From: Nanobdellota archaeon
Lineage (GTDB): Archaea > Nanobdellota > Nanobdellia > Woesearchaeales > GW2011-AR9
Direction of reading: 5' to 3'
Length of the DNA: 55,269 nucleotides
Assembly (NCBI GenBank): GCA_038045005.1
Contig: JBBSYZ010000015.1
Location: forward strand, 1 to 55,269
Shown here: positions 18,099 to 26,178 of the stretch, in pieces
Numbering within the stretch: position 1 is the first letter of the stretch
Layout of the letters: each line of letters opens with the position of its first letter
Position numbers and translations under genes: made by a program
Notes under the pieces: model-generated
Told to the model about the DNA's origin: nothing
Database searches by the model: none
What the model saw: the letters and a program-made list of their open reading frames with translations, nothing else

Positions 18099-19731
18099 GG
18101 GTATCGTTCTCCAGCAGGGCACGATGTAAGGTCTTAAGCGATAGCAATGCGCAGTTAATCCTAGTGGGGCTGATAGGGATGCCTAACAGATCTAATACTT
18201 GCTTTTCGCCAATTGATTTTATGTCTTCGACTTCTTTCCCCTTAATTTTTTCTAACAGCATTGATACCGAAGCCTGGCTTATCGCGCATCCGCTGCCGGT
18301 AAATGTGGCGCCGATGATTTTATCATTTTCTAATTTTAAATAAACGGTTATTTGATCCCCGCATAACGGATTTACTTGTTTTTGTTTAAGCGTGTATTTT
18401 TCCATCTCTCCCTTATTTTTAGGAGATTTGTAATGGTCGATTAAGTTTTCTTTACATAACTCCTCTTCTTCAGTCAACGCTATGATAATTTCGTCATTTG
18501 CTGTCTGGAGATCAACTAAACTTTCGGTTTTAGCTTTGTTCAGTTCAATTATTTTTAGTGTTGCAGTAATCAGTTTATCAACATCATTTAAATCATTGTA
18601 AATATAGGGTGATACACGGGTCGCTCCATTCCCGCCCAGAACTGAAAACAGCGGCATGGTGCAAAGGAATCCCCCCCTGACTGCAATATTTACCTTATCA
18701 AGCAATTCATTCACATCATGCGGATGCATTCCGTCGATGGTGAATGAAATAATCGGCCCCCTGTTTTTAATATCGGCCGGGCCAATAATAGTTAGGCCTG
18801 GAATTACAGACAATCTTTCTAAAGCGTCTTTTGCCAATTCTTGGCCGTGAGCAGATATATTTTCCATTCCGATATTTTGTAAATATTCGATTGCTGCCAT
18901 CAATCCTGCTGCACCAGCCAGGTTAGGGGTTCCCGCTTCAAATTTCCATGGCAGCTGATTCCAGGTTGATTTTTCAAAAGTAACTTCATTTATCATTCCG
19001 CCGCCGAATTGGAAAGGATCCATCTTTTCCAGCAATTCTTTCTTGCCGTATAAGACGCCGATGCCTGCCGGTCCGCACATTTTGTGCCCGGAAAACACCA
19101 AGAAATCGCAATCTAGTTCTTTGACGTTTATTTTCAGGTGGGGGACTGACTGCGCAGCGTCTAATATGATTATTGCGCCGACCTTATGTGCCATTGCGGC
19201 CAGTTCTTTAGCCGGGTTGATGGTCCCCAATACATTTGACATATGCACGACAGAAACTATTTTAGTTTTGGCGGTAATAAGTTCTTGCGCTTTAGCCAGA
19301 TCTAATCTGTACTCTTTGGTGATGGGGATAAACTTTACTGTTGCTTCCCGTTCTTTTGCGATTTGCTGCCAGGGGACGATGTTGCTGTGATGTTCCATCT
19401 CCGTCAACACTATTTCATCTCCTGCTTTCAGGTTTTTACCCAAAGAATACGCCAGCAGGTTCAATCCTTCGGTAGTTCCTTTGGTGAAAATGATCTCTTC
19501 AAATTCTGCGCCGATGAATTTCGCAGCAGCTTCATGCGCTTTTTCGTAGAGCAGGGTAGATTTTTGCGCTAACTTGTAAATGCCGCGATGCACATTGGCA
19601 TTGTCGTTTTCGTAATATTCTTTTACAGCTTCAATTACTTTTGTTGGTTTCTGGGCAGTCGCACTATTATCTAAATAGATCAATCCGTTTTTCAGTATTG
19701 GGAAATCTTCTTTCATACTGCCTTGTCTCAT
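18091..19731 (-). CDS. sufS: Cysteine desulfurase SufS fused to a SufU/IscU-like scaffold domain
   Basis: The N-terminal ~410 aa are a SufS-type aminotransferase (SGHKMCGPAGIGVLYG; RGGFLC). The C-terminal ~130 aa are LIDHYKSPKNKGEM...NPLCGDQITVYL...GSGCAISQASVSML...NCALLS. Confidence 0.85.
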   Translation of the reverse strand: MRQGSMKEDFPILKNGLIYLDNSATAQKPTKVIEAVKEYYENDNANVHRGIYKLAQKSTLLYEKAHEAAAKFIGAEFEEIIFTKGTTEGLNLLAYSLGKNLKAGDEIVLTEMEHHSNIVPWQQIAKEREATVKFIPITKEYRLDLAKAQELITAKTKIVSVVHMSNVLGTINPAKELAAMAHKVGAIIILDAAQSVPHLKINVKELDCDFLVFSGHKMCGPAGIGVLYGKKELLEKMDPFQFGGGMINEVTFEKSTWNQLPWKFEAGTPNLAGAAGLMAAIEYLQNIGMENISAHGQELAKDALERLSVIPGLTIIGPADIKNRGPIISFTIDGMHPHDVNELLDKVNIAVRGGFLCTMPLFSVLGGNGATRVSPYIYNDLNDVDKLITATLKIIELNKAKTESLVDLQTANDEIIIALTEEEELCKENLIDHYKSPKNKGEMEKYTLKQKQVNPLCGDQITVYLKLENDKIIGATFTGSGCAISQASVSMLLEKIKGKEVEDIKSIGEKQVLDLLGIPISPTRINCALLSLKTLHRALLENDTHE

Positions 19732-21125
19732 ACTGTCTTCTCCATTTCCAACTCAATCAATTTGTTTAATTCTATGGCATATTCCAGCGGGAGTTCCTTA
19801 AGAATCGGTTCGATAAACCCGGAAACCATCAATTTCATGGCGGCTTCTTCAGATAAACCCCGGCTTTGCAAGTAAAAAACAGTTTCTTCATTTATTTTTC
19901 CCACTTTCGCTTCATGCGCAGCATCGACCTGATGGTTCTCTACTTTTAATGACGGGATGGTATTGGAAACAGACAGTTCATCAAGGATCAAACCATCACA
20001 TACTACGCTGGTTACGGCGCCTTTCGCTTTCGGTAAAATTCTCACTAAGCCCCTGTAATTAGAAATTCCGCCGTCTCTGCACATGCTCTTCGAGCGGATG
20101 ATCGAACGGGTGTTGGGAGCAGCGTGGATGGCTTTCGCGCCGATATCTTGGATTTGTCCTTTACCGGCAAAAGCTATGCTAAGGTTATCAGTCCTGGCCC
20201 CTTCTCCCAGCAGTACCGAACAGGGGTAGAGCATAGTCACACAGCCGCCCATGTTTCCAGATACCCAGGCCATAGTTCCGTCTTTTTCCACCAGCGCACG
20301 TTTTGTGTTCAGATTGTAAACATTCTTGCTCCAATTTTCTATGCTGGTATAACGGACTTTCGCCCCCTCTTTTACAAAAATTTCAACACCTCCCGCGTGT
20401 AAGGATTTTTTGCTGTATCTGGGCGAGGAACACCCTTCGATATAATGTAATTCTGCCCCTTCATCGACGATGATCAAGGTGTGTTCAAACTGTCCGCCAC
20501 GCTGCTGATTCATGCGGAAATATGCCTGCAGGGGAAGTTTTACTTTTACGCCCTTCGGTATATAGATGAAAGTTCCCCCGCTCCACACTGCCGCATGAAG
20601 CATGATGAATTTATGGTCATTGATGGGGATGCAGGAAGTCATAAAATATTTGTTTATCAAATCGGGATATTTTTGCACTGCCGTATCCATGTTCTCAAAT
20701 ATCACTCCTTGGTCTTTCAACTCTTCCATGATGCGGTGATAGACCACCTGTGAATCGTATTGGCCCCCCACCCCGCCCAGCGCTTTTTTTTCCGCTTCAG
20801 GGATGCCTAAGCGATCAAATGTCTTCCTGATTTCTTCCGGCACTTCTTCCCAGTTCTCGGTCTCTTTTGCATCCGGCTCGACAAAGAAAATGATCTCATT
20901 GATGTTTAAGCCGGATAAGTCTGGCCCCCAAGTCGGTGCGGGCGTTTGGTTGAACAGTTCTAAAGCTTTCAGTCTTTTTTTAAGCATCCATTCCGGTTCG
21001 TTTTTGGTTTTAGAAATAAGCCGGACGACTTCCGCGTTCAGGCCTGGTTCAGCGACGTATCTAGCTTTATGCCGATCTGCTTTATCATACAATTCACGGT
21101 CGATGTTCAGGTCTATTTTCTGCAT
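19728..21125 (-). CDS. sufB: Fe-S cluster assembly protein SufB
   Basis: 465 aa. Characteristic SufB core from FEHTLIIVDEGAELHYIEGCS to QVDAAHEAKVGKINEETVFYLQSRGL. Confidence 0.92.
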   Translation of the reverse strand: MQKIDLNIDRELYDKADRHKARYVAEPGLNAEVVRLISKTKNEPEWMLKKRLKALELFNQTPAPTWGPDLSGLNINEIIFFVEPDAKETENWEEVPEEIRKTFDRLGIPEAEKKALGGVGGQYDSQVVYHRIMEELKDQGVIFENMDTAVQKYPDLINKYFMTSCIPINDHKFIMLHAAVWSGGTFIYIPKGVKVKLPLQAYFRMNQQRGGQFEHTLIIVDEGAELHYIEGCSSPRYSKKSLHAGGVEIFVKEGAKVRYTSIENWSKNVYNLNTKRALVEKDGTMAWVSGNMGGCVTMLYPCSVLLGEGARTDNLSIAFAGKGQIQDIGAKAIHAAPNTRSIIRSKSMCRDGGISNYRGLVRILPKAKGAVTSVVCDGLILDELSVSNTIPSLKVENHQVDAAHEAKVGKINEETVFYLQSRGLSEEAAMKLMVSGFIEPILKELPLEYAIELNKLIELEMEKTV

Positions 21126-21200
21126 ATTGCCACTTTTCTTAACTATAGTTAATTATTTATAAAGATTGCGTGGAAAATTCAGCGAAAAGCTTATATAATC

Positions 21201-21230
21201 TTTTGTTATCTTTCGTTATCTTTTGTTATA
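21201..21230 (+). promoter_or_regulatory. Three phased 10-bp direct repeats, candidate operator of the antitoxin/toxin operon
   Basis: TTTTGTTATC, TTTCGTTATC and TTTTGTTATA are exactly 10 bp apart. They lie between CTTATATAAT (about 21190-21199) and the ATG at 21250. Confidence 0.5.
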
Positions 21231-21249
21231 AACCCTCATCTGAAGAAAA

Positions 21250-21495
21250 ATGACCCAAGCTTTAATTAATTTAGGAGAGTACGAAGACCGGATTTTAACC
21301 ATCGTTAAAGGAAAGTATGGCCTTAAAAATAAATCAGAAGCTATTAATTTTGTGATCGATAAGTATGAAGAAGAGCTTCTTGAGCCAAAATTAAAACCTG
21401 AATTTGTGCATAGGATGAAGGTCTTGGAAAAGACGGGCAAGTATAAGAGTTATAAATCAATTTCTGATCTGCGGAAAGATATCGAAAATGCATAA
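21250..21495 (+). CDS. Small antitoxin-like protein (RHH/CopG-like, DUF2683-like)
   Basis: 81 aa. Starts MTQALINLGEYEDRILTIVKGKYGLKNKSEAINFVI. The stop overlaps the ATG of the RelE-like ORF (ATGCATAA). Confidence 0.55.
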   Translation: MTQALINLGEYEDRILTIVKGKYGLKNKSEAINFVIDKYEEELLEPKLKPEFVHRMKVLEKTGKYKSYKSISDLRKDIENA

Positions 21496-21978
21496 TTTCT
21501 TAGTTGAAGAAGGCTTGCGGAAAATTCTTCAGAAAGCGGCTAAGAAAGACAAAGTAATGTATGAAGCAGTTATGAAAAAGTTTGATGAGATCATTTTTAG
21601 CGCAGATGTTGAACATTATAGAGAGTTTTGAATAACCCTTAAATCCGAATGTAATCTCGCAGATTTATTCGTAAATTCAAAACACTCAAAAATGCTAAAA
21701 GCATTTTTAGTGTCCAAGAAAAGCCAACAGCTTTTCTCAGGACTCTATAGAGAACTTTGAATAGTGCTCAATGAAACAAAGATTTCATTGGCACTTAAAT
21801 GAAGTAGTTTCTTCATTTATAGTTTTTCAAAGTTCTCTATAAAAATTTACGGGCTCCTTTACAGGAATTTAAGCGGGTGCATATCAAAGGGTCTTTCGTT
21901 TTAATTTTCAAATACCTGCCTTCCGAGGACAGGATTATCTTTTTTGAATTAGATCATCATGATAATATTTACCGCTAA
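21488..21978 (+). pseudogene. RelE/ParE-like toxin gene interrupted by a 221-nt insertion
   Basis: Exon-like part 1 (21488-21619) reads MHNFLVEEGLRKILQKAAKKDKVMYEAVMKKFDEIIFSADVEHY. Part 2 (21841-21978) reads KNLRAPLQEFKRVHIKGSFVLIFKYLPSEDRIIFFELDHHDNIYR. Removing 221 nt restores one 89-codon frame. Confidence 0.75.
21621..21837. mobile_element. Composite MITE-like insertion inside the toxin gene
   Basis: Flanked by TATA (21617-21620 and 21838-21841). The outer ends are GAGAGTTTTGAA and TTCAAAGTTCTC. The inner 88-nt unit at 21750-21837 has perfect 12-bp terminal inverted repeats (TIRs) GAGAACTTTGAA/TTCAAAGTTCTC, its own TATA at 21746-21749 and two internal hairpins, one with loop TAGTTT. Confidence 0.75.
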
Positions 21979-21984
21979 ACAAGC

Positions 21985-22081
21985 GGCTCTGTGGAAAAAG
22001 TCGCAAGAAAACTGAAAACTATGGTATTTCTGTGCAGAAATAAGGTTTCCTTATTCTTGCGGCGACTTTTTCCACAGGGCC
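21985..22081. repeat. Palindrome carrying a mini-element
   Basis: Arms GGCTCTGTGGAAAAAGTCG and CGACTTTTTCCACAGGGCC enclose the 56-nt element at 22004-22059. Confidence 0.75.
22004..22059 (+). mobile_element. 56-nt tandem-hairpin mini-element, copy C (degenerate)
   Basis: Sequence CAAGAAAACTGA-AAACTA-TGGTATTTCTG-TGC-AGAAATAAGG-TTTC-CTTATTCTTG, flanked by CG on both sides. Confidence 0.6.
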
Positions 22082-22146
22082 GAACCAATCGAAAGGTATA
22101 TAAAGAAAAAACATCTTCTAAAGCTAAAAGAGTTTGATGGTGATAG

Positions 22147-23460
22147 ATGATGCCCGTAAAATCTACTGTAAATGTTAAGAGTTCTTCCGAGAGGCCGCTT
22201 TCAAATGGTCTAAAAGCAGTTTCTTCAGTTTTTCGCAGCAAGATGTTCATAATCGCCGTGATTGCCGTAGTTGCGGTCATCGGATTGGCATTATTATTGC
22301 TTAATGCCGACAAGCTGGTCGGCAGGGCTTACACGTTGCAGCCTTCTAAGACTCTTGTAGTGACGCAGATAACTCCTTCATGCACAGCAGCGCCTGCCGG
22401 TTTATTGCATTGGTGGAGAGGAGAATCAACTCCTGAGGATTCGGTAGGCGGACTCAATTTAAATTATTATGGTGGAGATGTTGGCTATGTAGCTGGCAAG
22501 GTCGGCAATGCATTTTATTTTAGTGGTACAAATTCTATCGCATATCCTGTCGGGGGTTCAATAGATTCTGCAAGTCTAGCAGATCAAATTTCAGTCGAGA
22601 TGTGGGTACGTCCCAACAGCAATTTAGGTGATATTCGTCCCTTTATGAATGTGGGTGATTTTAAATTCATGGTTCAGCATGATGATCTTCAAAATAATAA
22701 TAAAGTTGAATTAAAGGCGTCATTTACAGATGGCACAGTTATTAGTGTCTTAAGCGAAAATCCTTTGCCGTTAAACGTCTGGACGCATGTAGTGGGAATA
22801 TTTGATGGAAACTCCGTTAAATTGTATATAAATGGCATAAGGCAGAATTCCAATTTAATGTATCTAAATGGAAAGAAGGCTTCAGTTACGGGTACTCCAA
22901 ACATTAGAAGGAACAACCCTATATCCCTGATTGACGAAGTTTCAATATATAATACTGACATCTCTGCTTATGTTGCAAAGTTATACAATGCCGGAAGTTA
23001 CGGAAAATGTGTGCCGCAGATAGTTTGCGGCAATGGCGTGAAAGAAGGAAATGAACAATGCGACGGCAGCGTACCTTTTGGCGCAAGTTGTCAGGTCCTT
23101 ACCGGTTCCCCAGGAATCTTAAGCTGTGGTCAAAATTGTAATCTTGACACTTCCCAATGCGGAGTCCAGCAGGATACTGACGGAGACGGCGTGGCTGATA
23201 ATCTTGAGCCCGTCAATTGCCTTGGCGTGGCCGGGAATGTTTACAGCAGCGGAACTCTTGCAGGTTGTTTAGTCGGTGATGTCACCAGCGATGGTTGTGT
23301 AGGTCTTCCGGACATAGCTGATATTGGTCCAAACGTTGATCTGAGCTGTGTTTCAGGAGGGAAAACTGCTGAACAGGGAGATATTAATGGCGACGGCTGT
23401 GTAAATCTTGTAGATATAGCCCAGATAGGCCCTAATGTTGATTTACAGTGTGGAGGTTAA
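22147..23460 (+). CDS. Membrane-anchored surface protein: LamG/ConA-like domain, Cys-rich repeat, Ca-binding D-x-D-G-D motif, two dockerin-like repeats
   Basis: N-terminal TM FIIAVIAVVAVIGLALLLL followed by DKLVGRAY. The LamG_3-like stretch runs GKVGNAFYFSG...EMWVRPN...WTHVVGIFDG...LYINGI. The remaining modules are CGNGVKEGNEQCDG, DTDGDGVADN, GDVTSDGCVGLPDIADIG and GDINGDGCVNLVDIAQIG. Confidence 0.6.
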   Translation: MMPVKSTVNVKSSSERPLSNGLKAVSSVFRSKMFIIAVIAVVAVIGLALLLLNADKLVGRAYTLQPSKTLVVTQITPSCTAAPAGLLHWWRGESTPEDSVGGLNLNYYGGDVGYVAGKVGNAFYFSGTNSIAYPVGGSIDSASLADQISVEMWVRPNSNLGDIRPFMNVGDFKFMVQHDDLQNNNKVELKASFTDGTVISVLSENPLPLNVWTHVVGIFDGNSVKLYINGIRQNSNLMYLNGKKASVTGTPNIRRNNPISLIDEVSIYNTDISAYVAKLYNAGSYGKCVPQIVCGNGVKEGNEQCDGSVPFGASCQVLTGSPGILSCGQNCNLDTSQCGVQQDTDGDGVADNLEPVNCLGVAGNVYSSGTLAGCLVGDVTSDGCVGLPDIADIGPNVDLSCVSGGKTAEQGDINGDGCVNLVDIAQIGPNVDLQCGG

Positions 23461-23464
23461 TAAG

Positions 23465-24352
23465 ATGAAAAAACTAATTACCCTATTATTTGCCTTGACT
23501 ATTATTTGCTCATTTTCAATAGCGGCAAGCATTGGAGATGAAGGCCATGCCTGGATCAGTCCGGCAGTAAGGGAGGTTGGGGTTGGAGCTCCAGTATCTT
23601 TGATTCTTGGCGCCAATCCAGGGGGGACTAATGTATATACCGTCGATGTTGAATTGGTTTTTGACGGCAACAAGTTATCAATAACTCCCAATGATATTGT
23701 CATCCAAATACCGGAATGGTCGTTTCCAGTTAAGGAAGTTGTGGGGAATACCATTAAATTACAGGGTTATGATTTCCTGCACCCTTTTAGTGGTAGCAAG
23801 GATATTGCAACATTAACTTTCAACACCCTATCTACGGGAGTTGCATCTTTGACTCTTACTAAAGTGCTTCTTCAAAGCAATCCGGCAGTAATCACTATCC
23901 TTGAGAGCGGGCAGGTGACTGTCGTGGCGGCGCAGCCGCAGCAATGCACTGATTTAGACGGAGATAGTTACGGTCTGAATTGTCCGGCAGGGTTGGATTG
24001 TAATGACAATAATCCTAATGTTAATCCAGGTAAATTGGGAGAATTATGTGATTCTATTGATAACAACTGCAACGGAAATGTCGATGAAGGATACAATACT
24101 CTCTTCGATTTTGACAACTGCGGAGCATGCGGCAACGTCTGTTCACAAGGAGAGTCATGTTCACAGGGGGTTTGTGCAGCGCAGCCAGTGGATTTACAAG
24201 CAGTCTGCCAGGCAGCTGCAGATATTAATAACAGCAACGACCTAAATCTGCTCCAGGGAATCATAACTGCGATAAAAAACAATCCCGAAAATAGAATTGA
24301 TGCTACCATAGACATCTTTGTGGCATTGAATGCGTGGTTTGCGGCGCAGTGA
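23465..24352 (+). CDS. Secreted protein with cohesin-like domain and MopE-like Cys-rich metal-binding motif
   Basis: Signal peptide MKKLITLLFALTIICSFSIAAS. The cohesin-like beta module is VGAPVSLILGAN...YTVDVELVFDGNKLSI...IATLTFNTLSTGVASLTL. The Cys-rich motif is DCNDNNPNVNPGKLGELCDSIDNNCNGNVDEG. Confidence 0.5.
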   Translation: MKKLITLLFALTIICSFSIAASIGDEGHAWISPAVREVGVGAPVSLILGANPGGTNVYTVDVELVFDGNKLSITPNDIVIQIPEWSFPVKEVVGNTIKLQGYDFLHPFSGSKDIATLTFNTLSTGVASLTLTKVLLQSNPAVITILESGQVTVVAAQPQQCTDLDGDSYGLNCPAGLDCNDNNPNVNPGKLGELCDSIDNNCNGNVDEGYNTLFDFDNCGACGNVCSQGESCSQGVCAAQPVDLQAVCQAAADINNSNDLNLLQGIITAIKNNPENRIDATIDIFVALNAWFAAQ

Positions 24353-24400
24353 TGCTCCGGAAAATGAGCAGAAATATACACATTTCAGAAAATGTGAACC

Positions 24401-26116
24401 ATGAAAAGAAAAATAAAAAAAGTGTACAAATCTTTGCCGCCGCATAGCAATGAAGCTCATCCTGTCGCCAATGCCGGGCAGGCCAGCAAGCCTTTCATCA
24501 TAGCAGTAATCACCATAGTCGCGGTCGTCGCTCTTACTTTGTTATTACTATTTTCTGATCGGTTGGTGGGAAAAGCATTTTATACCGGGGAAGCAAATAC
24601 TGCCGGAGCAAGCTTGCCATCGTCTGCAGTGGAAGGGCAGCCTTTTATGGTAGCAGTCAAAGCTAATGTAGGAAGCAATCCCGCAGCAGCAATATCTTTT
24701 GAATTAACTTTTCAGGATTGGTATGGATCATGTCCTCAAATTTTAGATTTATTAAACTGGCCGGTTAAAAGTGTTTCTTGTGATCCTACTTTAAAGACCG
24801 TGAAATACACCGCCGTAACTAATAGTCCTGTATCAGGAGAAATCAATATCGCTAATCTGGTTTTTCCCGGTACTGGCACCGGCTTAGGTGATTTTTTTAA
24901 TTTTGATTTAAATTTAGAAATTAAAAAACCGACTAAAGAACCAATTAACCTTGCTGTTCAGAGTCCTTTCAGAGTTGATATAGTTTCAGCACTTGTCTGC
25001 GGCGATGGCATTATTGATGAAACTGAAGAATGCGACGGTCAGAACCTTGGTGCTGCTTGCACCGATATTTTTGGATTCACTGGCGGAGATCTTTCTTGTT
25101 CCCCGAGCTGCACTTATGATACTAGTGCTTGTCAGACTGAGCAAGTACAACCTGCTGTCTGCGGCGACGGTGTAGTAAGCGGGGATGAAGTTTGTGATGG
25201 TCAAGATTTTGCCGGAGCAACCTGCAGCAGTCTCGGATTTGCTAGTGGAAATCTTTTATGCGCTCAGAATTGTCTATATGATGCTAGCGATTGTATTCAA
25301 CAGCTTCCTGTTGCATGTGGCGATGGGGTCTTAGGACAAAACGAACAATGCGACGATGGAAATCAAGTTTCTGGCGACGGTTGCACAAGTTGTGTAACAG
25401 ATTATTGCGGCGACGGAGATATTAATCTTGACACCACTATTAATAGCATGGATCAGTGTGATGACGGCAACAACGTAAATGAAGATGGCTGTTCTGCATT
25501 ATGCTTGCAGGAAACTGGTTGGTCGTGTGATGGCGAACCAAGCATATGCAGTGAAGTACCCTGCGGCGATGGCATTGTAGATGAAACTGAACAATGCGAT
25601 GACGGTAATGTTGTGAATGGTGACGGCTGTTCTGCAACTTGTCAGACAGAACAGCAGCAGATATGTTCACCTAACCAATGGTCTTGCGAAGGGTTGAATG
25701 CAAAAAAACAATGCAAGTCTGATGGGTCAGGCTATAATACACCCGTAAGTTGTGCAGTTAATGAATTCTGTGAAGCGGGCGTGTGTAGCGCTCAACTTAT
25801 CCAGCCACTGATCGTCCAAGGCACAAAAATAACTTTAACCGATGCAGATACCGAAGTTCCTGCTCTGGTAGCTACTAAAGTTACTCCTATTATATCATTC
25901 AGCACTGAAATAACTGTTTATACGGTCTTGTACGGACAGAACAACAAAGTGCTTTCCATAAAATCTGAAAAGATAGAAACTGGTTTAGCGCAGGGTACGC
26001 ATTATATGGCTATCGTCAATTATCCGCTGGCGAATGTCAAGAGCAAATCGGTGATAGTGTATGATGTGGAACAGGCTCCGACGGTGTTCGGGCAGCTGCA
26101 GAAATCGTATGAATAA
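24401..26116 (+). CDS. Membrane-anchored surface protein with cohesin-like module and about six CGDG-type Cys-rich repeats
   Basis: N-terminal TM FIIAVITIVAVVALTLLLL followed by DRLVGKAF. Repeats include CGDGIIDETEECDG, CGDGVVSGDEVCDG, CGDGVLGQNEQCDDGN and CGDGIVDETEQCDDGN (myxococcal-type Cys-rich repeat). Confidence 0.6.
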   Translation: MKRKIKKVYKSLPPHSNEAHPVANAGQASKPFIIAVITIVAVVALTLLLLFSDRLVGKAFYTGEANTAGASLPSSAVEGQPFMVAVKANVGSNPAAAISFELTFQDWYGSCPQILDLLNWPVKSVSCDPTLKTVKYTAVTNSPVSGEINIANLVFPGTGTGLGDFFNFDLNLEIKKPTKEPINLAVQSPFRVDIVSALVCGDGIIDETEECDGQNLGAACTDIFGFTGGDLSCSPSCTYDTSACQTEQVQPAVCGDGVVSGDEVCDGQDFAGATCSSLGFASGNLLCAQNCLYDASDCIQQLPVACGDGVLGQNEQCDDGNQVSGDGCTSCVTDYCGDGDINLDTTINSMDQCDDGNNVNEDGCSALCLQETGWSCDGEPSICSEVPCGDGIVDETEQCDDGNVVNGDGCSATCQTEQQQICSPNQWSCEGLNAKKQCKSDGSGYNTPVSCAVNEFCEAGVCSAQLIQPLIVQGTKITLTDADTEVPALVATKVTPIISFSTEITVYTVLYGQNNKVLSIKSEKIETGLAQGTHYMAIVNYPLANVKSKSVIVYDVEQAPTVFGQLQKSYE

Positions 26117-26178
26117 GTAAATATCATGCGAATATGGATAAGTGAAAAATCTCATGGGAGATTTTTAAGGAATGAAAA

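Noticed and set aside
21216-21440. Minus-strand 74-aa ORF opposite the antitoxin gene.
   Set aside because: It overlaps the antitoxin ORF, which has promoter, operator-like repeats and coupling to the toxin ORF. Its translation has no features.
22147-26116. Diversity-generating retroelement targeting the Cys-rich or LamG surface proteins.
   Set aside because: There is no reverse transcriptase gene, and no template/variable repeat pair with adenine-specific differences is visible in the window.
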